This document shows positions 1-11,100 of a stretch of 64,000 bases of DNA, piece by piece. The notes beneath the pieces were generated by a model. The model saw only the letters and a list, made by a program, of their open reading frames with translations, was not told where the DNA came from and searched no databases. The stretch's first letter is position 1; the number at the start of each line of letters is the position of its first letter. Source of the DNA: Callorhinchus milii (taxonomy: Eukaryota); the NCBI RefSeq assembly GCF_018977255.1, contig NW_024704743.1, positions 86,554,001-86,618,000 on the forward strand. Reading direction: 5' to 3'. Both the position numbers and the translations under genes were made by a program.

Positions 1-252
1 TCTTTTCAGATGAGGGTTAAGATAAGTGACTACTTAAAGGGGGTTTCTCCTAGTGTCATGGCCAACATTACCCCAGATAAAATACACCATTCACTTCATG
101 ACTATTTGTGGCACATTGCTGTGCTTAAATTGGCTGCTAAGTTCACTTATAAAATACATAGTCAGAACATTTCTGTGTAAATCCTGCAAAGCGATTTGAA
201 TTGTCGCATGATGTGAATGGTGCTACATCAAATGCTGTCAATACTATTATTA
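1..252 (+). mobile_element. Old DeuSINE (SacSINE1-like), 3' portion
   Basis: Deu-domain motifs TTTGTGGCACATTGCTGTGCTTAAATTGGCTGC and TCAGATGAG..TTAAG; degenerate tail ending in TATTATTA. Confidence 0.7.
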
Positions 253-429
253 TAAAAGAATACCAAGATTAATGAATTATTGTTCAGACCTGTAATTTTC
301 AACGTTTTCTTTTATCTGCTATTACTGCATTGTAAAATATCTGGATACGTCCTGATGGTTTTCTGATTTGTTCTGAATTTAGTTTGGCAGATTCTGAATT
401 TAATTGTAAAGCCACTTTTCTATAGATTC

Positions 430-586
430 TTTTAAGACCTTTCTGTTTGACTGCGCTTTTGGTCACCTTTCCTCCCCTCCTTCCTCAGCTCCCTCTACCT
501 GAGCTCTGGTTCACATACAGCTCTGTAAAACACTTTGAGACATCATCCTGACATGAAAGGTGCTATATAAATCTAAAAGTTGTGTT
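430..586 (+). mobile_element. L2 LINE 3' end fragment
   Basis: KTFLFDCAF-coding end, pyrimidine-rich UTR, and tail GAGACATCATCCTGACATGAAAGGTGCTATATAAAT. Confidence 0.7.
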
Positions 587-2054
587 CTTTTAAAAACAAA
601 GTCCTGAGTGCTAGATGAATATGTTATGAATAACAGGTGGACAACCTAGATCTCTTCATTCTTGAGAAATATCTCAGAAGGGACCTTTTAGAGTATATAA
701 AATTTTAAATGGGATTGAAAAAGAAAGTGTTGCAGTTTATTCCCACATCCACTCACTGGTTCCTTGCCTATTCCAAGAAACAAACTAAACAGTCTTTATT
801 CAGTACAAAAATACAGTAGGAACCTCTCATAAGACGCCTCCTTATAAAATATTTATAAGGCTAGTCTCAGTGTGCAGTAAAAATGTTTGACTATATGGTT
901 GCCAGGTCTTCACTGACTTCACTTCCTGTGAGCTCTGGAAATGCTAGCAAATAATGCGGGAAGTGATGTTGACAACAATCTGATGACCTGGATGTCAGCT
1001 ATATTTTGGCGCGGGAGCTGGCACACGTGCGCAGCATGCAGGATGTGGCTTTCAGTGGCCACCACATTTCAGGAAAAGCTATTTTAGTCACGATTTTTGT
1101 GGCCATTCGCAATGCACAGGAAGTACTATCGCAGCATCTATATTGCTGTGCGTTCCATTATAACACAATATTTGGGTTATGGACCAGAAACATGGATTGC
1201 AATGGGGTTCTCTGTAATTTCAGTGCCTTGAGACATCCTCCCAATGTGAAAGGTGTTATACAAATGTAATTTTGTATTGTATTTTATCATAAACACAAGC
1301 CGATTCTCTGTAAAAATGAGTCTGTACATTAAATCCTGTATTATCTTATAGCATTGGTTTGAAGATTTAATCCAAAACACATGAAAACAAGACTAGAAAA
1401 TGTTCTTAATTCAGGATGAGCGTTTTTTTTCAAAACTCCAGTATAGAAACCCAGATTATAAATGTGAAAAAAAAGTTAAGATTCTATTCTAAAACCATTA
1501 CTTGTTCTAGTATGTTTCTAAACTTCCAAGATAATGCATCTACATCCCTTCCCTAGCTTCTATTTTATTACAGTGGCAGGGATACAGGCGTCTCCACTAG
1601 ACCTGAATCTGATCTGGGATCAGAGATTGTGCCCTCCAGACTGCTGCGAAAAATGCATAAGAGACTGCCAGACATGTTTTCCTCCCCCTCTCCCTGCATA
1701 CATATCCAAGTTATGAACATCAAGGACATGTCAGCAGTAAGATTTGTGACCAGAAAACGTGACACAAAGTGCAAATCTATTAAGTAGAGAGAACAGCCTT
1801 TCATTTTCAGGGTGGCATAGATCAACATACATTGCATTTTGGTTTGAAGAGATCATCACTCACAGTGTGTATATGCAGACGTGCACACAAAAATATGCAC
1901 ACATATAATTACATAGAGCCAAACACACACATACATGCACTCAGGACTCAGAATTAAAAGAGTCTTCTCAACAAACACAACAACTTGCATTTATACAGTG
2001 CCCTTAACGTAGGGTAACATTGTGGAGTACTTTACAGTGCAATGGTCAGATATA

Positions 2055-2575
2055 TAATAATAATAATCCTTGCATTTGATATAGCGCCCTATCATGTCTT
2101 CGAGACCTCTCAAAGCGCTTCTCAAAGATACCAAACAGAGAAGAAGGGGGAAAGGAAGGGTGACCATAGTCATGATTAAAGAAGTAGGTTTAGAAACAGG
2201 ACCTAAAGACAAATAGTAAGGGGGCATGACTGAGGGGTAGAGGGAGGGAGTTGCAGAGTTTAGGGGCATATAATCTAAAAATTTGGCCACTGTTCGGGCA
2301 TGTATAAGACAGGGTTGCGCAACAAGTCCGAGTTAGCTGAACAGAGGGGGCAAACAGAGAGGAGATCGGAGATATAGGGAGGTGCTAGAGCATGAAGGGA
2401 TTTGTAAGTCAGGGTGAGGAACTTGAAATTGATCTGCTGGAAGATAGGAAGCCAGTGGAATCTGATGAAGCATGCAGACTTTGGTGCAAGAGAGGATGCA
2501 AGTTTTATATGTTGGAGTTTATGAATGGCAGAGCTGGGGAAACCAGCGAGGAATCCATTGGAAAAATCCAGGCTC
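2055..2575 (-). mobile_element. L2 LINE 3' fragment with a (TTA)n, SINE-type tail
   Basis: ORF 2275-2589 encodes an L2 ORF2 C-terminus (LDFSNGFLAG..HWLPIFQQINFK..LAPPYISDLL). Tail reads GAGAGGTCTCGAAGACATGATAGGGCGCTATATCAAATGCAAGGATTATTATT. Confidence 0.8.
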
Positions 2576-2696
2576 CTTGGCTCTGACATTAAAATTAATT
2601 TGTGTTCTTCACGACTACTACAACCATTCCAAAATTCACTTGAGCAAAGCCAACTATGTTTACGTGTGAAAAACTGGAGAATGTCATGAGGTTTAC

Positions 2697-2750
2697 TTGG
2701 GACGTCCTCCCGACGTGAAAGGCGCTATATAAATGTAATCTTGTTGTTGT
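2697..2750 (+). mobile_element. Tail-only L2 insertion (CTCCC-loop type)
   Basis: TTGGGACGTCCTCCCGACGTGAAAGGCGCTATATAAATGTAATCTTGTTGTTG, flanked by TTTAC on both sides (possible TSD). Confidence 0.75.
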
Positions 2751-2929
2751 ATTTACAATGCAGTTAAATTTAGTTCAGCAACATTTTACATTTGGGAAGC
2801 TGACTTCAGTCTCACCTTGTTCCAGCAGTCAAGTCTATAGCCTATATTCTGCCTCCGTTGACCTCTTATGCAATTTTTAGATTATCCATCACGACTGGCA
2901 AGACATAAAGAATAAACACCTGATTATAG

Positions 2930-3430
2930 GCTCATAGAATTTATAGCACAGCAGTGCTGTATTGTTTATTGGCTTTGTCCTGGCTCTTTAAAAACGCTGC
3001 CTATTCAGTCCCGCTTCTCAGTCCTTTCTACACTTAATATTACTCCTTCTTCAAAAAAAATTCTAATTCTCTTTTTAAAAAGTAATAGTTTATACTTCAA
3101 TCACAATTTTTGGTACAGCATTCCAGGTCTTAACAATATTCTGTGTGTAAATAAAATGTCCTAACCTTTCCCTTAGCTTTTTGTAAGGATCTTAACTATG
3201 GCTTTCGATATCCACTCACTGATCAGTACAAACAGATTCTCCCTGTTTACTTTATCAAAATCCCTCATACCTGTGAATGCTTCTCTCAAGTCTTTCTATT
3301 TTGATTCAGTGAAAACAGTCTTAGTTTCTTCCTAGTCTTTCCCTTTCACTAAATCTCTTCTAATAACTAAAACCTCTCATCCCTGGTATCATCTTAGTGA
3401 ATCTTCTCTGTGCTCTCTCCATGGCCTTCA
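2930..3430 (-). mobile_element. CR1 LINE 3' fragment (degenerate)
   Basis: CATAGAAT..ATAGCACAG tail and CTGGTATCATCTTAGTGAATCTTCTCTG (reverse of QRRFT.MIPG); homologous to the CR1 at 46417-47321. Confidence 0.7.
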
Positions 3431-3619
3431 GACTGTGAAGTGAATGATAATTTTATATGGGGGAATGTTGGCAAAGACACTGGAAGAAACTGACTTCTCT
3501 TTTTGAGCAGTACCATAGGATCTTTAACATCCACCTGAACAGGCAGACAGTGCTTCGGTTTAATGTCTCATCTGAAAGACGGAGATAATGGGAAAAACGC
3601 ATAAAAGTTGTAGATTTGC

Positions 3620-3820
3620 ATTAAACAGAAAATACTAAAACAATGCAGGCTGTGCAGATCAGATTTTGGATGAAAAAGACAGCTTAAGGTTTGGGGCTTG
3701 ACCATTCATCAGAACTGAGTCCTGTTTCCTGTTGAAGCATCACAGTCCAAAAACTAACTACTTATTCTCTTTCAGGATCTATTTGGCTTGCTATGCATTT
3801 CTAATGCTTGTGTTTTACAG
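3620..3820. mobile_element. Degenerate inverted-repeat element resembling Penelope-like inverted pseudo-LTR ends of cartilaginous fishes
   Basis: The left arm AAACAGAAAATACT...TTCATCAGAACTG is loosely the reverse complement of the right arm CTGTTGAAG...GCATTTCTAATGCTTGTGTTTT. Family assignment is from memory. Confidence 0.4.
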
Positions 3821-3988
3821 GATTGAGATAGTTAGAGCGACTGTGAGCACTAAAACTGGCTAACATCGGGGACTCTTATGTACTGCATGTAAATCATGTG
3901 CAAATCCAGGTGCATTGTGCGCAATGTGCAGAACATGTGCAAACACAACTGCAAAGAGGGAATTACAGGTGCTCTTAATTATGTGGTT

Positions 3989-4853
3989 AACAACAAGAAC
4001 AACAAAATTACATTTGTATAGTGCCTTTCATGTCGGGAGGATGTCCCAAGGCACTGGACAATCAGAGTTTCAGACCCAAGCTGGAGGTCGGGATCGGGAG
4101 GGTGGAGGGCAGGGGGGAAGCAGGGTGATCGAAAGCATGGTTGAAGAGGTCTTGAAGGATGCAAGGGAGAGGGTGAGGCAGAGGGATTGCGGGATGGAAT
4201 TCCAGAGGGTGGGGGCAGAGTGGCTGAAGGCCTGCCCACTAATGTTGGGCGAGCGAGCTGGGGCACGGGAAACAGGCTGTGACCCGCTGAGTGGAGGGAG
4301 TGGGCAGGATAGTAGGGGTTAGGAGGTCACATAGGTATGTGGGAGCAAGGCCATGGAGGACCAGGATCTTGAACTGTATCCTCTGTGTGATGGGAATCCT
4401 CTGTCGGATGGAGGTGACAGGGTCACAGAGCCTGGTGCGGGAGAGGACATGGGCTGCAAAGTTCTGGATGATCTGCAGCCTATAGAGGGATGAATTGGGG
4501 AGGCCAACAAGCAAGGATTTTGCATAATCAAGGCTCAATTTTATGAATCCGTGTATGAGGGTTTCAGTGTCCTGCGGTGTGAGACAGTGGCAGAGCCGGG
4601 CGATGTTGCGGAGGTGTGGAAGGTAGAGCAGGTCGTGGCACAGATGTGGGGTAGAAAGGATAGTTGAGGGTCAAACAAGACCCCAAGGTTCCAGACTGGC
4701 TTAGCAAGGTGGAGGGTGCAACCATGAATGGTGATGCTGTCAGTGCCTGAGGTGTGGAGATGCTGACGGGAGACAATCAGGAGAGACTCAGTCTTGTTGA
4801 CATTCAACTGAGAAAAATTAGCTCTCATTCAGGACTTGATGTCTGACAGACAT
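3989..4853 (-). mobile_element. L2 LINE, 5'-truncated, RT C-terminus plus 3' tail (CTCCC loop, TTG repeat)
   Basis: ORFs [26 protein letters not shown] and LDYAKSLLVGLP; tail hairpin with (TTG)n. Confidence 0.92.
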
Positions 4854-7505
4854 TAAGGTTTTAATCAATGGAAAGGTTTTAATCTCGGAATTAATAGCCA
4901 ATTTTTTTCATTTGGTTATTTACACAATGAAAGACACCGGTAATTCCTGTCATATAAATGTGATCATATGTGTCTTATAAACACCATTGTTAACCTACAA
5001 TAAAGCAACGGGTTTCCTCACCATACACAGCCTTATAGTGCACCCAGCTGGTATTCCTTCAACGCACAGGAGGTTTCAGCTTCAATAGTCACAGTTTACA
5101 GTATCTTATCTCACACTCTACTGATAGGGGAAGAAATAACATTCACTGACATAGGAGTTAAAATAGACTCATAGTGGAATGGTTGAGGAATTCAATTTCC
5201 TGCAATAAATAAGAAGGTGAACATTTTGTACTTAGGCCATTAATGTGGTTTTCATGTATATTATCAGTGTTAGTTCTGTTTGTTATTAGTGAAAAAGGGA
5301 TCCTAAAGGCAGCAGTGGGGGAGCCAGGTTTTGTAACTGGTGGTGGTTTGTGCCCCCCTCCTACTCCGCCTTTCTTCCCGTCACTCTCCGCACTGCTTCT
5401 CACAAAGGTGTACAAGGCGGCATGGAGAGTGACGGCGAGCAAGGGGTATGAGACGCCATACTTACACTTGAAGATCACCGGGGTGGGGGGGTGTAATTGC
5501 CCCTCTTATCTCTGTTGCTGAAAGGCCAGCCCCACCTATTCTGAATAGGTTACTATTTTGCTGTTCTTTTGCTTCTTGCACTCCCATTCGTCTCAATTAT
5601 GCATCTGGAAAATTCCAAATCAGTGACATGGACATGTACCAACATCAACGTATTTCCTGTCAGAAACAATCAGTCCCCACTAGCCAGAAACAAGCACTCA
5701 GTGAGAGCCAATAATCATTATCATGCAATTAAAGAAAAATTCTGTATTTCCCAATTTAAAGACCGCAGACTTATTGCACAGCTCACGTGTCTTCACTTAA
5801 CTTAATAGGAAGTACAACAAATGGGGAAAAAATATGTTGATTTTGTTTTTCGGTGATACATTACTTAACAGTACCGGAGGTGAAGTAACTTGACTGAAAA
5901 GCTTCCTTGAATTCCAACTGGAGCAACTCACTAAGGCAGCAGGCGCTATGAATTTTCTGTGTGCTTCTTAAAGGTCAGATTTTCAAAGCATCTCAAGGAT
6001 GCATATCCCTCTCCACTTTCACTATGTGCTTTAAAAGGGCAAGTTTTTTTGTAAAGTTCACAGTTAAAAGTAATATGCGGGGGTGGCGATGGGGATGGAG
6101 GGGATGGGAGGGTTTATTTCTGCAGAATTTCTGCCCATCTTCCAAATGCAATAACTTAAAATGAAAATAAAGTTTTTGAGCAGTGTATGAGGCAGAGTAT
6201 GATAAATTTAGGTTTGTGCTGTTCCTCTTTAACTGTGCCACTGCATTGCATTTATGCCCCTATAGAAAAGGTCCATGGTTAGGAACTTGTTTATATGTTG
6301 TTTATAGCGACATGCTCATTCTCAAAATACACAGTCACTCTACTTTGCAGTATATCCTCTGAAGCGCTTTTGAGCCATTCTCCTAACTTGAAAGGCGCTA
6401 TAAAAATATAAAGATTATTATTATTTTCATTGTATGCTATTTACCTATTTTCACCTCTAACAGAAATTAACTAGGGTCATGCAATAACACAACCTTTTTA
6501 AGTTAGGAATCTTTAATTCATCTGTCATTATGTCCGAAGCTGCCTTTGTGCAATATTATCTGTTCCTCTTGGTGCGTTAGATTTCTTTTAATGGGGCAAT
6601 CCCCTTGTGGCTGGTACTGTGGGCTTACAATTTTACTGAGCACCTGATTGTACACGAGTGAAAGTGGCTGCTGAAACAAGCACGCTCTGAAGAAACAAAA
6701 ATGCAAAAGGCAATACAAACATGCCAAATAAAATGACTGCCAGGTTGGTCTTCTTTCACCTAACAAATTCTTATGTTGTTATGTTATTAAAACACACAAC
6801 ACACATACTTATGCAACACAAAGGCATGCAGCTATCATTACCCATGTACAAGAGGCGCAAAAACACACCTTGAATAAACAGTCTACATAAGTGCACAGAA
6901 CATGACTTATAGCCAGTTCGCACACAACATAAAATGAATCACAACACAATAACACAAATACATGAAATGTATTTCACAATATATACAGAGAACACAAAGA
7001 GCAAACATTAAATGCAGATAGAAACCACAAATATGCATGACTCACTTGGCTTCTTAAGATCAGGAAGCAGCTTTCAGTTTTAAAGAAGCCTAAACTGTTA
7101 CTTTGAACTCAGTTTCCTCATTGATAAGATTCAGCTCCTGGTTAAAATCAACGTTTCTTTGTGAGAAGGAACTGGACTTTTATCAGAGCTCCAGTATATT
7201 GAAAAGCACAGTGAGCAAGTGAACCCTTCATAGCCTCCAATAGAACTGCCAGTTTCGCTTAGAAGCATTCACGTCTGTAACAACGATTCACATTGCATTC
7301 ACTTTACATGCAGTAATGTAAGCTTCCCTGACATTACCTCTTGCTCGCTAGTTGTGATTTAATTTTGCCAGCGGTGAGCATTTTGATTTGCATATCTGTC
7401 CTGGCAGCGAGTTGAACCTAAAAGTTTGGGTTAGTCACTACATTGGGAGGCATTGGGAGATTCAGCAGGTTGCACGCACAGAGCACTGGCTGTCATTAGC
7501 CCTAC

Positions 7506-7796
7506 CTTTCGTAACCACTGTGTGTTGTTATCCATCACATTCTCCAGGTGTTGCAGCTTCTGCGAGGACCAGTCACTGTCCACGTGCGGAGCATCCCTCT
7601 GAAGTGCGTTGGTGTCATAACGTTCTGAAGCTTCGTGGCAGTTCCCCTCGAGCTCTGGCAAGATGAATGTGTAGCTGCACTGACCGTGCTGGATTCGGTT
7701 GAAGCGTCTGCCGCTGCTGTCCGTGCCCCTCCGCTGGCTGCTACAGGCCGAGTTAGTCAGCACTGCACACAGCAAAGCCGCACAAAGCAAATCCAT
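7506..7796 (-). CDS. ANGPT1: Angiopoietin-1, coding exon 1 (signal peptide, superclustering region, start of coiled coil), 97 codons, phase-0 donor
   Basis: Translation is MDLLCAALLCAVLTNSACSSQRRGTDSSGRRFNRIQHGQCSYTFILPELEGNC...NALQRDAPHVDSDWSSQKLQHLENVMDNNTQWLRK. This matches the remembered ANGPT1 N-terminus (GRRYNRIQHGQCAYTFILPE...NALQRDAPHVE..SSQKLQHLE.VMENYTQWLQK) better than ANGPT2. ATG at 7796 is in GCAATGG Kozak context; the AAG|GTAGG donor lies at 7506/7505. Confidence 0.93.
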
Positions 7797-8070
7797 TGCC
7801 CGCATCTCCTTTTCCGATTTCACTCTCTTTTCTTTCGCGTTTTTTCCTCAAATATCACGGTGAGAGAACTGGGGGTGAGAATCAAAATATTCGTGCAATT
7901 CACAGAAAGGTAGAAAAACAATCTTTCGTCAGATATCTGACCAAGGTATCTGACCAGTTATACTTTTTCTTTAGGAACAAAGAGCGAACAGATAATATCA
8001 AAAACTTTTTTTTCAAAAAAACTAAATGAAGTGTTTGGTTAACAGTCCATTCACTTCAGCACTGGAGTTA
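7797..8070 (-). other. ANGPT1: Putative ANGPT1 5' UTR with 3-codon uORF (ATG GAC TGT TAA, 8050-8039) and an in-frame upstream ATG at 7805
   Basis: Repeat-free stretch between the TATA box and the start codon. The TSS is inferred about 25-30 nt downstream of the TATA. Confidence 0.6.
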
Positions 8071-8074
8071 AATT

Positions 8075-8100
8075 CAGCTGTGTCCTTGTATATATAAGCT
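8075..8100 (-). promoter_or_regulatory. TATA box (TTATATATA, 8097-8089) followed by CAGCTG E-box; ANGPT1 core promoter
   Basis: Minus strand reads AGCTTATATATACAAGGACACAGCTGAA, about 290 nt upstream of the ATG, in repeat-free sequence. Confidence 0.6.
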
Positions 8101-11100
8101 CCTTCACCCATACACTCTGCTGCAGTTCTGCACTTCCCCCTTTGTCCTCACTGAAGAACACAGCAGTCAAGTCAGGCTGCAGCGAGCCAGCAATACCCAG
8201 ATGAAGGCTTGACAGGAATGTGTGTACGAGTGCGCCCCTATGCTAAAGATGCCTGATGCCACAGTGCAGAGGGATCGTCTTTCAAAATGAGTGGTTACAT
8301 GACCTCAAGCATGTACTGTAGTCCAGCCCCTGCAGCATATTGTTGCTGGGAACCTGATGCAGTTCAGCCCACCTTAAAACTTCTTTTGATCAGGCACAAA
8401 ATTGTTCTTGGATTCTATGCACTGCACAGACACCGATCTCGCAGGGTGTATTCAGTAGGCTTGATGCGCTGCTCTGCAATATTATGCTGCAGCTAATAGT
8501 GATGTTACTGGAGACAATTGGAATAAATTACGTGGCTCTGTAAATCATTTAGAACCCAGCTGTTTTAATAAAAGCAGATCACAGTTGGAGATTACAGCAA
8601 ATTCCTTATTATTTAGCAGATTTACTTTTGTTTTGATTTCTTGCCAACTACTGACAGATTTGTCAACCGCTGCTTTTTTGTACATTCTGATTTGGATGTG
8701 CAGCATATCCTTATTCTTTTTCTCCCCACTGTCCGTCAACCTCAAATATGAATAATGGCTATATTGTATAGTATTAATTTCACTTTTAATTTGAGAAAAG
8801 ATCTGAGATTTTACATCTCTGTTAATTGCATAATTGGCTCCAACAGTGTTTCTGACAGGGACTGTAAGCACTCCACTTGTATTATGTGTTCAAACAGGTT
8901 TATGTTACAAGTTCTGTTAATAAGNTTTTTTAATTTGAAAAAATTGCAAATCATACCAATTGGTATGAATCGATATGAATAGAATCATAGAAATTTAGAG
9001 CACAGAAAGAGAAGAGCCTGCAGAGTAAGCAATAAGACGTGTTCCACTGATCACAGTGAGGAGACAGTGGAACAGGTTGCAGTACTAAGCATCAAATTAA
9101 GGTAACTCCTCACTTGAGTACAATGCATGCACTGTCCTCATTGCATCTGACAAAGAAGCTGAGGGGAAACTATATGCAATGTTCTAATTATTGCTGGGGA
9201 TAAGAATAACAGCATCATTTTACATTTACAGCCTTTCACGTCGGGAGGACATTTCAAAGTATTTGGTGCTGACTACAGAGCCAAACTGAGGGAAGCGGGT
9301 AAAGAGGCTGAAAGCTTGTTTGACAAAACAGGTCTTAATGCAGATTTTGAAGATGGTAAAGGGAGTGGTGGGGGCAGTAGGGTTGCAGGAGGTCACAGTG
9401 GTACGGTGGATTTTGATGTTCGAGTTGGGACACATGCTTGGGACATAATAGACCTGATACAAGAAGGCCGATATTCCAATCATGGTTCTATTCAGTGAGA
9501 TTGATGGTGTTGACCTTGAATGGGATTTACTCTCACATAACAACAAAATGCCACACAGAACGCCAAACAGAATTTCAGTGCCCGGATACGTAAAGTGAGA
9601 AAGTCTTCCATTCCCCATTCTGACATCTCTCAACTTTTGAGTACAAAAAGTCACCAGAAAATAGTTTGCGAAACATTTCTTATCTCTTTCCCTGAAGACA
9701 GTAACTCATTGTCGGGTATCTTTGTTCATTTTAGGGGAGGGTGGAGGAGGGGATCAATGTGCATATGCTTTTTCCTCACAAGATTTAGTTGCAAAAGGAT
9801 AATTCTAGGACAGACACTGGGATGTATTTCTTTACCCAGCAGGTAATTCATGACTGGAACAGGTTTCCCGAAAAGGTGATTGAGGCCAGGACACGGGAAT
9901 GTTTTTAAAAAAAAACACTTGATACTGTGATGGAAGAACAGTACGATGTGCATTCTGAAAAGATGAGATGAAATGGTCTGAAGGACTTTCTTCATCCAAA
10001 CCGATCTTGTGATCTTGTGATATGAAGGCAAGGAAAATCCTGGCATTAACAACACCCACAGCACATACACTTTAAGAGTCACTGGACGTGGTTAAGAGCA
10101 GGATTGATTTTTGAATTTATTGAAATAATACCTGGATTGATTTTTTCCCTTCCCTAGTGTGAGATCACTGATGCCAGCTAGAGCCCTCCCAACACTGTCC
10201 TGGCTGAGATCAGTGAACTCAAACTCAGCTTAGAACAGCATCTAAATCTGGTAAATCTCACTCAATACCATACAGAATAGTGGGGCTTGTAATCACAGAG
10301 AAGAATCTCATTCCAGCAAAATTAAAACTATTACTTTTAATCATTATTTTAATTAAAATCAATCAATAGACCGCATTATCAGAGGTGCTGTCCTTAGGAT
10401 GAAATGTTAAATTGAGGTACCGTCTGCCTGTACAGGTGGTCATTGAAGATCCCATGGTTCTATTTAAAAAGAATCATGTGTCCTGGACACAATGCTCCAG
10501 ATAAATTGTTCATTCGCCTCTCAGAAAACTGTAAAGGGCTTTCAGATACTTAAATGTGATTTGATACAATATCATATGCAGCAATTATTATCATTTGAGC
10601 TTCAGTGTCGAGGATCGGCTTAAAATTTTGTTTCTTTTCTTTTTGTCTCTAATTTTACCAACCTTCATTATAAGTTAACTTCAATACAAATTTTTCATAT
10701 TTTACAGAAGCCACTGTATCATTTGAATCAAATTTAAACACCAGTCAGTATTTTGTTCCAGAAACCGTTCTTCGTGTATGATGTTTCGTGGATTCTGGGA
10801 TCTGACTTGCAGTCTAATTTTAGAAATTCCTTAAGTATCGGATTACCCAGACCTGATGGAGGTGACCCCCACCACCCCCACAACCTCCACACCGTTCTCA
10901 ATGTCTATGTCCGTGAAGCCAGGCTGCACACTGTTTTCCCAGCTCCCAGCCTTTACAAATCAAAAAGCCTGAGAATAAAGCTACAATCTCAGTAACCCAC
11001 AGTCAAAAGCAGCAATTTGCAAGCTGTAAGTCATGGAAGTCAAATACAGTGCTTAATCTAGTTTAATGGCCATCAGCATTGAGAACTGGGGTGGCAGGAG

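Larger units (their letters stand above)
1..7505 (-). other. ANGPT1: ANGPT1 intron 1 (partial; exon 2 lies outside the window)
   Basis: Starts at the GT donor at 7505. No LENYI...MAQIQQNAVQN-like exon 2 was found downstream, consistent with the long first intron known for ANGPT1. Confidence 0.8.

Noticed and set aside
5534..5550. Small palindrome ACCTATTC-T-GAATAGGT
   Set aside because: 8-bp arms are expected occasionally by chance in 64 kb.
7046..7137. Possible ANGPT1 exon 2 (CAG...GTGAGT on the minus strand)
   Set aside because: In-frame stop after ELNLINEETEFKVTV, no similarity to ANGPT1 exon 2, and a weak polypyrimidine tract.
7431..7823. The full 130-aa ORF as a complete gene
   Set aside because: Homology stops at WLRK, where a GT donor lies. 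The GTG start and the residues after the donor are UTR and intron read-through.
8925..8925. Single ambiguous base (n)
   Set aside because: Assembly or sequencing ambiguity, not biology.
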